This document shows, piece by piece, positions 9,395 through 18,735 of a stretch of DNA of 64,000 bases (position 1 is the first letter of the stretch; each line of letters opens with the position of its first letter). The position numbers were made by a program, and so were the translations under genes. Source of the stretch: an uncultured Gemmatimonadales bacterium (lineage in GTDB: Bacteria; Gemmatimonadota; Gemmatimonadetes; Gemmatimonadales; GWC2-71-9); the NCBI GenBank assembly GCA_963817435.1, contig CAWFNY010000004.1, positions 22,080-86,079 on the forward strand, given 5' to 3'. The notes beneath the pieces are model-generated. The model was not told the DNA's origin and made no database searches. It was given only the letters and a program-made list of their open reading frames with translations.

Positions 9395-12384
9395 GCGTCC
9401 TCTCCCCGGCGGTGGCGCATCCGGTCGTACTCCGGGAGGAGTTCGCCATGCTCGGCTGCCCACGCCGCCCGGGGCGAGCCCAGCTTTCCGTACTCCAGCC
9501 GGCGGACCCGGCAGATGCCCTGAAAATCGCAGAAACGGCAGTCGTTGCTGTCGGTGGTCGGAAGGAAGTGACCCGCCCTCACGTCTTCCAGCAGGTCGGA
9601 GACGACCGCAGGCATCCGGGCCAGCTCGGCGGCCTCGAACGCGACCACGCGGTGCTCGCCCTTCTCCGTCGGGAACCGGTACTCGAACCGCGTGACGGGC
9701 CTGCCTAACAGCACGCCGACCGCGTGCGCGTAGAGGCCGGCCTGCAGATGGCGGCCGCCGCCGAAGGGGCCCCGCGTGGGGTCGGGGTCGAACCCGCGCG
9801 AGGAGCCCGTCTTGTAGTCCACGACGACAAGGCCATCGTCAGGGAGCAGGTCCACCCGGTCCACCCGCCCGAACAGGGTGAGGCGGGTGCTGTCAGGAAG
9901 CGCGAGGTTGACGGCGCGCTCCGTTCCACCGAAGCCGAGTTCGAATGCATGCCACCGGCGGCCGGCGGGGAGCTCCCGCTCCATCAGGAGAAAGCCCCGC
10001 AGCACCCGCCGGATGTCTTCCTGCTCGCGCTCGAAGACCGCCTCACTCGGCGGCGGTACCGCCACCCGCCACTCCGCGATCACCCGCTGGCCGTTCGCGA
10101 GCAGCGCCGCGAGTGTCTCCGCGTGATCCAGCGCGTCGCGACGCTCGGCGTATTCCCGGCCGAAGCGCTCGAAGATCGTGTGCAGGAGCGAACCCCGCTC
10201 CGCGGGGTCGAGCCAGCGGTCCCGGTCGAATACCGGTTCGTCCGACGGCGCGATCCGGAGCACGTAGCGATAGAACCAGGCCCGCGGGCACCGGGCGAGC
10301 GTCTCGAGTGAGCTGGCCGACACCGCGACTCCGCTGCGGGCCCGCGGGTCAAAGCGACCCGCGTCAGGCACGAGACCGTGCTGCGGAAGCAGCGCCGCTC
10401 CGTGCCAGGCGGTGGCCGCCTGCAGTCCGGCCGACAGCCCCGGAAACGTCGCCAGCACCGCGGGCGAGCCATCGAGGAGGAGCGCGCCGGCCGTCAGCCC
10501 CTTGAACCAGGCGTCGCGGCCATCGATGGGAACAGCCGTTGGCTCCGGCACCGGGGAGGCGGGGGGGCCGAGGAGCTGGCGCAGCTCCTCGTACGGCAGC
10601 GTGGGCTGCGCGAAGATCTGACGACAGGCGGCGAGCAGGATCGGCGCCGGTGAGGCTTCGCGGCCACCATCGCTCTCGATGGCGTAGGAGAGCGTCACTC
10701 GGCCGTCGAGAGCCGCGAAGGTGCGCGCGAGCAGCTCGCGCCGATCCTCCCGCCGGACGGCGGTGGTCGTGAGCGCACCGCCAAGGCGGGTGCGAAGCTC
10801 ATCCGGCAGGAAGGGGTCCTGCAGCCGCGGACCGGCGGTGCGGTCCGAGTCGAGGCCGAGCACGAAGGTCCGTGCCCGGCCGCTCGCACCGGCGTGCGCA
10901 AGATCGGTGAGGTGCATTCTCCCGCCACTCGACAGCCACGGCTTCCCGGCGGGCCCGAGTTCCGACCACACCCGGAAATCGGCAAGGGCGCTGCGCAGCT
11001 CCGCCATCGCGACCACGAACGGCACAGGCTCGCGACGCACCGCGGCCAGATCATCGAGCCGGGGGCGCAGCCGCGCGAGAGCGTGCTCGTGTGCCTCCGT
11101 GCCGTGCTCCAGGAGCGCGATAAACTCGAGCGCGCAGGCAGCGAGTGTTCCGGCAGAGACCGGAGGCGACTCGGTGCCGCCGGGCTCGGGTACGTCGGGC
11201 GTCGCGTCGAGCAGCGCCTCCAGAAACTCGGCCGTTCGGCCGCACGCGCCGGCCCAGAGGTCAGCCGAGACCGGCGCTTCGTGCTCAGCGGCCCGGGGCC
11301 GCCTGGGAAGCTCACCCGCCAGCAGCCGCGCGAGCGCGGCGGTGTAGCGTCCGCGGCCCCAGCCGATGCCGAGCGCGCGGAAGACGTGAGGAAGCAGCGG
11401 GTCGGTGACGGCGAGATCCCCGGCATCGAGCGCCGCGCTGATGCGCTCCGACGGGAGCCCCGACTCCAGCCAGTCGAACCACCGCTGGAGCGCGCGACCC
11501 AGCCGGCTCCGCTCGAAGGGAACACCGGGGAGCACCGTGACCGGGAGCTCGAGCTGTGCCGCAAGGGCATCGAGCTCGATGGCGTAGCTGTCGGGGTCGG
11601 TGGCGACCAGCTCGACTTCATCCCAGCGGCGGCGCTCGGCACACAGCCGGCGCACGACTTCCCTCAGCTCATCCGCCGGCGACGCTGCGCGGAAGGCGTC
11701 CACCTCTGCCCGTGCCGCGTCGAATGATGCCTGGCCGGGGGCCGGAGGCGCCGACAGGCGGGTGACGCCGCGCTCTTCGAGGCATCCCAGCAGCGCGGCG
11801 GAGAGGCCGCGCGGGGTGAGTCCAGGCGCAAGCACGACGCACCCGGGAAGAACGAAGGGGGACTCCTGCTCGAATTGCTCGAGCGCGATCCTCAGAATCC
11901 CACCGGCATCGATGAGCTGACCCCGCGCAAGACGCGACTCGTAGGATTCCAGCACGGAGGCGAGATCGCGGGCGGGCGAATCGGGTGGGGCGACGGCGGC
12001 GAGCTGCGCCGGCATGATCCCCGCCACCCGGAGCTCGAGCAGCGCATCGCGCACCGCGCCGCGGAAACCGACGCTGCCGGTCAGCCCGGCGAAGCGATGC
12101 TCGGCGCCGCCAGCCGCGGCTATGTCCATGAGTGCCGTATCGGCTACGGCGGCGATCTCGAGGTCGCTCGCGCTGCGGAGTCCCGCCCGCCCGAGGGCGG
12201 TGAACGCCAGCTCGCGGGCGATGGCGCCGATGGTCGTCGGCTCCCAGCCCATCCAGCCCCCGGTGCGCCTGGCCAGCGAAAGCAGCAGCTCCCGGCCGTA
12301 GTTGACGTCCGCGGACAAAAGCAGTTTGTGCTCAGTGGGGTACAGCAGGTTGAGTTCGGCCAGCTGATCGAGGACGGTCGCCAT
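9391..12384 (-). CDS. addB: AddB-like PD-(D/E)xK nuclease with Fe-S cysteines
   Basis: SASSLETLARCPRAWFYRYVL, GRVDRVD, VVDYKTG, LQAGLYA, CRFCDFQGIC. Translationally coupled to the addA-like gene. Confidence 0.8.
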   Translation of the reverse strand: MATVLDQLAELNLLYPTEHKLLLSADVNYGRELLLSLARRTGGWMGWEPTTIGAIARELAFTALGRAGLRSASDLEIAAVADTALMDIAAAGGAEHRFAGLTGSVGFRGAVRDALLELRVAGIMPAQLAAVAPPDSPARDLASVLESYESRLARGQLIDAGGILRIALEQFEQESPFVLPGCVVLAPGLTPRGLSAALLGCLEERGVTRLSAPPAPGQASFDAARAEVDAFRAASPADELREVVRRLCAERRRWDEVELVATDPDSYAIELDALAAQLELPVTVLPGVPFERSRLGRALQRWFDWLESGLPSERISAALDAGDLAVTDPLLPHVFRALGIGWGRGRYTAALARLLAGELPRRPRAAEHEAPVSADLWAGACGRTAEFLEALLDATPDVPEPGGTESPPVSAGTLAACALEFIALLEHGTEAHEHALARLRPRLDDLAAVRREPVPFVVAMAELRSALADFRVWSELGPAGKPWLSSGGRMHLTDLAHAGASGRARTFVLGLDSDRTAGPRLQDPFLPDELRTRLGGALTTTAVRREDRRELLARTFAALDGRVTLSYAIESDGGREASPAPILLAACRQIFAQPTLPYEELRQLLGPPASPVPEPTAVPIDGRDAWFKGLTAGALLLDGSPAVLATFPGLSAGLQAATAWHGAALLPQHGLVPDAGRFDPRARSGVAVSASSLETLARCPRAWFYRYVLRIAPSDEPVFDRDRWLDPAERGSLLHTIFERFGREYAERRDALDHAETLAALLANGQRVIAEWRVAVPPPSEAVFEREQEDIRRVLRGFLLMERELPAGRRWHAFELGFGGTERAVNLALPDSTRLTLFGRVDRVDLLPDDGLVVVDYKTGSSRGFDPDPTRGPFGGGRHLQAGLYAHAVGVLLGRPVTRFEYRFPTEKGEHRVVAFEAAELARMPAVVSDLLEDVRAGHFLPTTDSNDCRFCDFQGICRVRRLEYGKLGSPRAAWAAEHGELLPEYDRMRHRRGEDA

Positions 12385-12466
12385 GGTGGGAGTCTACGCC
12401 TGCCCTGTGACACCCGCCAGCACGCAATGCTGGCGCGTTTCCGGCGCGCGAGTGACTATTGTCGGC

Positions 12467-13429
12467 ATGATCCACTCCTCGGTTGTCTCGCCCGCCCGGC
12501 GGCAGCTCGGCCTGATGATCCTCACGGCGGCACTCGCGGCCGCACCGGTCGGGGCCCAGGCGCCGGCGCTCGATGCGCTCGCCACCCGACTCTCCGCCGT
12601 GACGGCTGTCTCCGGATTCGAAGGGGCCCTGGCCGACTCGCTGCTCGCACTGCTGCCAGGCGCCGCGCGCGATCGCGCGGGTAACGTCGTGCTCACCCTG
12701 GGCAGCGGCGAGCCGAAGTCGCTCATCGCCTGCCCGATCGACGAGCCCGGCTTCGTGGTCGGCGGCATCCGTCCCGACGGCTACCTCACCCTGCGGCGCG
12801 CCGGTCCCACCCCGGGGCCGCTCGCCGACCAGCAGCTCGAGGGACAGCGGGTGACACTCTTCGGACGGCGCGGGCCCGTGCAGGGTGTGGTCGGGGTCCG
12901 CTCCACGCACCTCGCCCGCGGCCGGAATCCTGTCGAGGCACCCTTCACGTTCGATGATGCCTTCGTCGATGTCGGCGCCGACTCCGCCAGTCAGGTCGCT
13001 GCGCTCGGACTCGAGGTGCTCACACCGGTGGCGCGTGCCAAGGCGCCGCAGCGCTACGGTGCAGGCCTTCTGGCCGCGCCGGTCGCCGGCCGCCGGGCGG
13101 CGTGTGCCGCACTCCTCGGCGCGGCAGAAAGCGTTCGGCCGTCGCGCGGCAGCGTGACCATCGCCTTCGTGGTCGAGCAGTCGTTCACCCGACGGGGATT
13201 GCTCACACTCGCACAAACCCAGGGCCCGTTCGCCGCGACGGTGCTGCTCGAGGCGCAGTCCGCTCTGCCTGCGACGAGCCCGCGGTCGCCCGACCCGGAA
13301 AACCTTCAGGGCTACGAGGTCTGGGGCCTGACAGTCCGCTACGCCGGAACACCGGTGGAAACGGTATCACTGACCGATGCCGCCGCGCTCGAGCGCCGGA
13401 TCGCGGCCCGGATCGGAGGTCCAGAGTGA
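12467..13429 (+). CDS. M42-peptidase-like secreted protein with degenerate metal ligands
   Basis: M42 scaffold (SGFE, DRAGNV, DEPGFVVGGI, FVDVGADS). The HxD, DDR and EE ligand sites read CPID, GRR and EQ. N-terminal signal-like segment. Confidence 0.65.
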   Translation: MIHSSVVSPARRQLGLMILTAALAAAPVGAQAPALDALATRLSAVTAVSGFEGALADSLLALLPGAARDRAGNVVLTLGSGEPKSLIACPIDEPGFVVGGIRPDGYLTLRRAGPTPGPLADQQLEGQRVTLFGRRGPVQGVVGVRSTHLARGRNPVEAPFTFDDAFVDVGADSASQVAALGLEVLTPVARAKAPQRYGAGLLAAPVAGRRAACAALLGAAESVRPSRGSVTIAFVVEQSFTRRGLLTLAQTQGPFAATVLLEAQSALPATSPRSPDPENLQGYEVWGLTVRYAGTPVETVSLTDAAALERRIAARIGGPE

Positions 13430-14511
13430 GCACGCGCGCCCTGGGGGCCCTCCTGCTGTCGCTGGCCACAAGCCGTGCCGCCGTCGCACAGCGCCCCATC
13501 ACCGTCCGCGACGCCGAACGGGTGCTCGCTCCGCTCGTCGAGGCATATGGCGTCTCCGGCGCGGAAGCTCCGGTCCGCGAACTCGTGCGGCGCCAGCTCC
13601 CGGCCTGGGCCCGCGCGGAAACCGATACCGCCGGCAATCTCTGGGTGACGGCGGGCCGCGGAGAGCCGCTGGTCGTCTTCGTGGCGCACCTCGACGAGAT
13701 CGGCTTCCGGGTGAGGGGAATTCGTGACGACGGGCAATTGCTGCTGGACACGAAGGGCGGGTTCTTCGCTTCGCTCTATGAGGCGGAGCCGGCGCTGGTG
13801 CACACGCCGGCCGGGATCGTACCCGGCGTCTTTCCGCCTCGGGACTCGGCGATCGTGCGGCGGAACCCGGGTGAACTCAGGGTCGACGTCGGGACCGCGG
13901 ATCGCGCGGGCACCGAGGCCCTGGGCATCGCGCCCGGTGCCACGGTGACCAGCCCCAAGCGCTACGTCAGGCTCGCGAATACCAGGGCCACCGGGCGCTC
14001 CTTCGACGATCGGGTCGGCTGCGCCGCGCTGCTGCTGGCGCTGCAGCGGCTGGACCCGGCGCGGCTCCACCACGCGGTGACGTTCGTGTTCAGCGTGCGG
14101 GAGGAAATCGGGCTGGAGGGAGCCGCGGCGGTCGCGAACGCGCTCGGCCTCAGGCCCGCGCGGGTCCACGCGATCGACACCTTCGTCTCGTCCGATGCGC
14201 CGCTCGAGCCGAAGGCATACGCCTTCGCCGTGCTCGGTCAGGGGCCGGTGATCCGTGCGCTCGACAACAGCGCGGCTGCGCCGCCCCCGCTGGTGGACTC
14301 ATTGCGAGCGCTCGCGAGGGGCCGGCGGATTCCGCTCCAGTACGGCACCACCAGCGGCGGCAACGACGGATCCACCTTCCTGCCGTGGGGTGTTCCCGAT
14401 GTCGCCATCGGCTGGCCGCTCCGCTACTCCCACTCTCCCGTGGAAACGCTCGACCTCCGCGACGTGGCCCATCTCGCGGAGGTCGTGGAGCTGATCGCGG
14501 AGCGCTGGTAG
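13426..14511 (+). CDS. M42 family aminopeptidase with signal peptide
   Basis: GVSGAE, AHLDEIG, SFDDRVG, REEIG, IDT, GGNDG, RYSHSPVE. GTG start overlaps the upstream stop (GTGA). Confidence 0.88.
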   Translation: MSTRALGALLLSLATSRAAVAQRPITVRDAERVLAPLVEAYGVSGAEAPVRELVRRQLPAWARAETDTAGNLWVTAGRGEPLVVFVAHLDEIGFRVRGIRDDGQLLLDTKGGFFASLYEAEPALVHTPAGIVPGVFPPRDSAIVRRNPGELRVDVGTADRAGTEALGIAPGATVTSPKRYVRLANTRATGRSFDDRVGCAALLLALQRLDPARLHHAVTFVFSVREEIGLEGAAAVANALGLRPARVHAIDTFVSSDAPLEPKAYAFAVLGQGPVIRALDNSAAAPPPLVDSLRALARGRRIPLQYGTTSGGNDGSTFLPWGVPDVAIGWPLRYSHSPVETLDLRDVAHLAEVVELIAERW

Positions 14512-14518
14512 CGGGCGA

Positions 14519-14992
14519 CTACTGCACCTCGAAGTCCTTCGAGCCCGCCGCCGAACCGTTGAACGTCACCTCGATCCGGTACTTCCCCTTCGGCCAGGGC
14601 GAGGCCTTGCTGATGTGGAACTCGGTCGAGGCCGGCCCCGATGTGGTGATGGTCTGGGACGACTCATTCACCGGGATCAGGGTGCCGTTCACCTTCACGA
14701 AGCTCCACTTCGCACCGAGTGTCGCGTTGCTGCCGATCCCGGTCGTGCTCACCGAGGCATAGATCGTGTCCTTCACGCCGAAGGTCGTCGTGCCTCCGGT
14801 GACCATCTTCATGGCGTCCACGCCCTTGCCGAGGTCGATGGAGGCGACGGCCAGTGGCGCGGGCGGTGGGGCGGGCTGGGCGGCGGCCGGCGACTCGGCG
14901 GGTTTGGCCGCTTCCTTTTTGCCGCAGCCGGTGGAGGCGAGGATGAGGGCCGCGAGCAGGCACGAGGCGGAACTGCGGATGCGGTATGTCAT
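14519..14992 (-). CDS. Hypothetical lipoprotein
   Basis: Lipobox-like LASTG-C, Ala/Pro linker, beta-rich domain (WPKGKYRIEV). Confidence 0.7.
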   Translation of the reverse strand: MTYRIRSSASCLLAALILASTGCGKKEAAKPAESPAAAQPAPPPAPLAVASIDLGKGVDAMKMVTGGTTTFGVKDTIYASVSTTGIGSNATLGAKWSFVKVNGTLIPVNESSQTITTSGPASTEFHISKASPWPKGKYRIEVTFNGSAAGSKDFEVQ

Positions 14993-15009
14993 GGGTGGAC
15001 TCGCTCGGC

Positions 15010-15243
15010 TCAGGCGTCGGGGATCTTGATGACCTGGCCGGGAAAGATCAGGTCGGGGTTCTTGATGATGTCCTTGTTGGCTTCATGAATCTTCCTCCAC
15101 TGCTTTGCGTCGCCGTAGAACTGCCTGGCGATCTTCGAGAGGCTGTCGCCCTTGGCGATCGTGTAGGTGCGGCCGCCCTTGGCATCGGCGGTCGAGGAAC
15201 TGCCACCGCTCACATCGGAGAAATCGGGATCATCGGGGGCCAT
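15010..15243 (-). CDS. Small LysM-domain protein
   Basis: YTIAKGDSLSKIARQFYG...IHEANKDIIKNPDLIFPGQVIKIP. Confidence 0.92.
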   Translation of the reverse strand: MAPDDPDFSDVSGGSSSTADAKGGRTYTIAKGDSLSKIARQFYGDAKQWRKIHEANKDIIKNPDLIFPGQVIKIPDA

Positions 15244-15382
15244 TGGGTCGCTCCCGGCCGGGACGGTCCGGCCACGCAGGGGTGTGACACGATGCCGGGT
15301 GCGGCCTCCTGCCGCGCCGGCTCGTGGAAGGCAAGACTACCCGTGACGGCGGGCCAGCGGCAACCGCGGGGCGCACTTGCGC

Positions 15383-15406
15383 CTGAAATTGCATAATGCA
15401 TATTTA
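15383..15406 (+). promoter_or_regulatory. Possible ArgR operator (overlapping TGCATA half-sites) upstream of argG
   Basis: AT-rich patch ctgaaattgcataatgcatattta in a GC-rich background. Only half-sites match the ARG box. argR closes the operon. Confidence 0.35.
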
Positions 15407-15412
15407 CCCGCC

Positions 15413-16600
15413 ATGAAGACTCTCGTTCTTGCCTTCTCGGGCGGCCTCGATACCTCCTTCTGCGTCCCGCACCTCGCGGAGCAGGGCTGGTCGGTCCACA
15501 CCGTCTACGTGGACACGGGCGGCGCCACCGCCGCGGAACTCACCGCCATCGCCAGGCAGGCGAAGGCCGTCGGCGCCGTCGAGCACCACACCATCGATGC
15601 GCGGCAGGCGGTGTTCGATCGCTTCGTCCGCTATCTCATCCAGGGCAACGTCCTCCGCGGTGGGGTCTATCCGCTCTCTGTCTCCGCCGAGCGGACCCAG
15701 CAGGCGCTCTCGGTGATCGAGGCGGCCCGCGCCATCGGCGCCACCGCCGTCGCCCACGGCTCCACCGGCGCCGGCAACGATCAGGTGCGCTTCGATATTG
15801 CCTTCCGCGTGCTCGCACCGGAGCTGCTGATCGTCACGCCGATCCGTGATGAGGGGATCACCCGCGAGCAGTCGATGGCCTTCCTCGAGGCGCGCAAGCT
15901 TCCGGTGCCGCCCAAGGCGGGGTCGTACTCGATCAATCGCGGTCTGTGGGGCACCACCTGGGGTGGCGGCTGGACCCACGATACCTGGGCCGGCCCTCCG
16001 CCGGAGCTGCTCGATCCGCCCGCCGAAGCTCCCGCGCCGCGGGAGATCGTGATCGGCTGGACACGGGGTGTGCCGGTCTCGGTCGACGGGGTGGCGCAGA
16101 GCGGCCCCGACCTGATCCGGCTTCTCGGTGATCTCGCCGAGGCCTACGGCTTCGGCCGCAACATCCACGTCGGTGAGACGGCGCTGGGCATCAAGGGACG
16201 GATCGGCTTCGAGGCCGGCGCGGCCCTGCTCCTGATCGCGGCCCATCGCGAGCTCGAGAAGCTGGTGCTCACCAAGTGGCAGGCGTTCTGGAAGGACCAG
16301 CTCGGCACCTTCTACGGCGACCGGCTGCATGAGGGGCATTACTTCGATCCTGCGCTGCGGGACATCGAGGCCTTTCTGGCCAGCAGCCAGCAGCGCGTGA
16401 CCGGCGACACCCGCGTGCTGCTCGCGCCGGGGCGCTTCCAGGTGGTCGGGACGCGGAGTCCCTTCTCGATGATGGACCGGAGTGTCGCCACGTACGGCGA
16501 GGAGAACCGGCTCTGGACCGGTGAGGAGGCGCGGGCGTTCAGCCGCGTCTCGGCGATTCCCGAACTGCTCGCGGCCAAGGTCGCCGCCAAGTCCAAGTAA
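15413..16600 (+). CDS. argG: Argininosuccinate synthase
   Basis: LAFSGGLDTS, AHGSTGAGNDQVRF, YSINRGLWG, GIKGRIGFEA. Confidence 0.95.
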   Translation: MKTLVLAFSGGLDTSFCVPHLAEQGWSVHTVYVDTGGATAAELTAIARQAKAVGAVEHHTIDARQAVFDRFVRYLIQGNVLRGGVYPLSVSAERTQQALSVIEAARAIGATAVAHGSTGAGNDQVRFDIAFRVLAPELLIVTPIRDEGITREQSMAFLEARKLPVPPKAGSYSINRGLWGTTWGGGWTHDTWAGPPPELLDPPAEAPAPREIVIGWTRGVPVSVDGVAQSGPDLIRLLGDLAEAYGFGRNIHVGETALGIKGRIGFEAGAALLLIAAHRELEKLVLTKWQAFWKDQLGTFYGDRLHEGHYFDPALRDIEAFLASSQQRVTGDTRVLLAPGRFQVVGTRSPFSMMDRSVATYGEENRLWTGEEARAFSRVSAIPELLAAKVAAKSK

Positions 16601-16609
16601 GGAGCACCA

Positions 16610-17686
16610 ATGGTCAAGACCACGCGCATTCGTCTGGATCGTATTTCGTCGTCGACCCGAAACGCCCACCTCGCGGCGGAGGTGATCGTCGGCGACGAGA
16701 TCATCGCCGCCGAGGGATACGTCCTCGCGGTGCGGGTCCTGCACGACAAGTCGAGCTACAACACCGTCGAGGACCTGAGCGGACGCATGGTCTCGCTGCG
16801 CGCCGGCGACGTGCTCGCCGGCACGCTCGGCCACCGGCGGGCGCTGCGCGGCTACGCGGGCGTCGTGCCGAGCACCATTGCGGTCGGCGACACGATCGAG
16901 GTGCTCAACCTGGGAGGCATCCTGGGCAAGTGCACCTCCGCGACGCCCGAGAACGGCGCGCCGTTCAAGGCCGAGGTGCTGGGGGCGATCCTGTCGTTCC
17001 CGGCGCTGGGAGACCGGATCGGCCGGCCGGCCCATATCAAGGATCACTCGGTGCCGCTCGCCGACCACCTCGAGGGCAGCGTGCCCGTGGTCTACGTCGC
17101 CGGCACCTGCATGAACGCGGGCAAGACGGTGGCTGCGACCGAGCTGGTGCGGGGACTCACGCGGTCGGGCCTCCGGGTGGCGGCCTGCAAGCTCACCGGT
17201 GTGTCGCTCATGCGGGACTCGCTCTCGATGCTCGACGCCGGCGCCGTCGCCTCGCTGACCTTCAACGACACCGGCATCGCGACCACCCGTGCCGGTCTCA
17301 CCGTCACCGCGGCCAAGGGCATCTTCAACCGCCTGAATGCCTCCAAGCCCGACGTGATCGTCGCCGAGCTGGGCGACGGTATCCTCGGCGAGTACGGCGT
17401 GCAGGACATCCTGCGCGATCCCGAACTCACCGACGTCGGCGCGGCGTACGTGATGGCCGCGCCCGATCCCGTCGGCTGCTGGGGCTCGGTGACGCTCATG
17501 CGCGACCTCTTCGGCCTTCCGGTGACCGTGCTGACCGGCCCCGCGACGGACAATGAAGTGGGCCGCGACTACATCAAGGCGGAGCTGCAGATCCCGGCGC
17601 ACAACGCGCTGCGCGACGCGCAGGGGCTGATCGACGTCGTCCGGGTCGCGCTGGAGAGCCGGCAACCCGAGGTCGCTACCGTCTGA
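16610..17686 (+). CDS. DUF1611/DgcN-like P-loop protein within the arg operon
   Basis: VAGTCMNAGKT P-loop, AACKLTG, DAGA, DVIVAELGDG. 9 bp after argG; stop abuts argC start. Confidence 0.65.
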   Translation: MVKTTRIRLDRISSSTRNAHLAAEVIVGDEIIAAEGYVLAVRVLHDKSSYNTVEDLSGRMVSLRAGDVLAGTLGHRRALRGYAGVVPSTIAVGDTIEVLNLGGILGKCTSATPENGAPFKAEVLGAILSFPALGDRIGRPAHIKDHSVPLADHLEGSVPVVYVAGTCMNAGKTVAATELVRGLTRSGLRVAACKLTGVSLMRDSLSMLDAGAVASLTFNDTGIATTRAGLTVTAAKGIFNRLNASKPDVIVAELGDGILGEYGVQDILRDPELTDVGAAYVMAAPDPVGCWGSVTLMRDLFGLPVTVLTGPATDNEVGRDYIKAELQIPAHNALRDAQGLIDVVRVALESRQPEVATV

Positions 17687-18735
17687 TGCCGCTTCGGGTC
17701 ACGGTGATCGGCGCCGCCGGCTATGCCGGCGGCGAACTGCTTCGGCTGCTGCTCCAGCACCCCGACGTGGGTGATGTCGTGGCCACCAGTCGCAGCCAGG
17801 CCGGGGTGCCCGTCGGCGACGTGCATCCCGCGCTCGCGCCGCTCACCGACGTGCGCTTCTCGGGCGCGTCGCCCGCCGAAGCATCGCGCGGGGCCGATGT
17901 CGTCTTCCTCGCGCTCGAGCATGGCGAGAGCTCGAAGGTGGCGGAGGAAATCTTCGCGGCGAATCCGGGGCTGGTCATCGACCTCGCCGCGGACTTCCGG
18001 GTGAGCGACCTCGAGCTGTACGCGCGGTACTACGGGCAGCATCCCGCCCCGCACCTGGTGCCGAAGTTCACCTACGCCTTGGCCGATGTGCTGGGCACCA
18101 GCCTCCATGGAAAGACGGCGCTCGCCGCCCCCGGCTGCTTCGCGACCGCGGCGCAGCTTGCGCTCTACCCGCTGGCGAAGAGCGGCCTCTCGACGATTCC
18201 CGCGCTCTTCGCCGTGACCGGCTCGAGCGGCAGCGGGGTGCATCCCAAGCCCACGACCCACCACCCGGCGAGGGCCCACAATCTCTTCGCCTATTCGGTC
18301 CTGAATCACCGCCACGAGGCGGAGATCCTCCACAACTGGCGCGCCTGGCGCGGCGATCCAGGGGCCCGGGCCCGCCTGATGACCCACTCGGGACCGTTCG
18401 TGCGCGGGATTCACCTGACCCTGCACGTGGACCTCGGCACGGGCGTCGATGGCCGCACCCAGAGCACCGATGTGGCCGCGCTCTTCAGGAACGCCTACCG
18501 CGACCGGCCCTTCGTCCGCCTGGTGGATCAGGCGCCGGAGCTGACCCATGTGGTCGGCACCAACTACGCCATCATCCAGGCGGCGCAGTCGCCGGACGGG
18601 CGCGAGGCGCAGGTGATGGTCGTGATCGACAACCTGGTCAAGGGTGCCGGTGGCCAGGCGCTTCAGGCGATGAACCTCTCTCTCGGCCTCCCGGAAACGG
18701 CGGGGCTCCGCTTCGCCGGGATGTTCCCATGCTGA
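17686..18735 (+). CDS. argC: N-acetyl-gamma-glutamyl-phosphate reductase
   Basis: IGAAGYAGGELLRLLLQHP, DLAADFR, APGCFAT, IDNLVKGAGGQALQAMN. Confidence 0.95.
   Translation: MPLRVTVIGAAGYAGGELLRLLLQHPDVGDVVATSRSQAGVPVGDVHPALAPLTDVRFSGASPAEASRGADVVFLALEHGESSKVAEEIFAANPGLVIDLAADFRVSDLELYARYYGQHPAPHLVPKFTYALADVLGTSLHGKTALAAPGCFATAAQLALYPLAKSGLSTIPALFAVTGSSGSGVHPKPTTHHPARAHNLFAYSVLNHRHEAEILHNWRAWRGDPGARARLMTHSGPFVRGIHLTLHVDLGTGVDGRTQSTDVAALFRNAYRDRPFVRLVDQAPELTHVVGTNYAIIQAAQSPDGREAQVMVVIDNLVKGAGGQALQAMNLSLGLPETAGLRFAGMFPC

Noticed and set aside
6665-9523. Very long antisense ORFs (also 15404-17665, 25359-27047, 30525-32390, 60424-61965, 62101-63822)
   Set aside because: Stop-poor reverse frames expected in high-GC coding DNA; no recognisable motifs.
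13102-13425. Long N-terminal extension on the second M42 ORF
   Set aside because: Shadow reading over the upstream gene; the GTG at 13426 gives a signal peptide and a coupled overlap.
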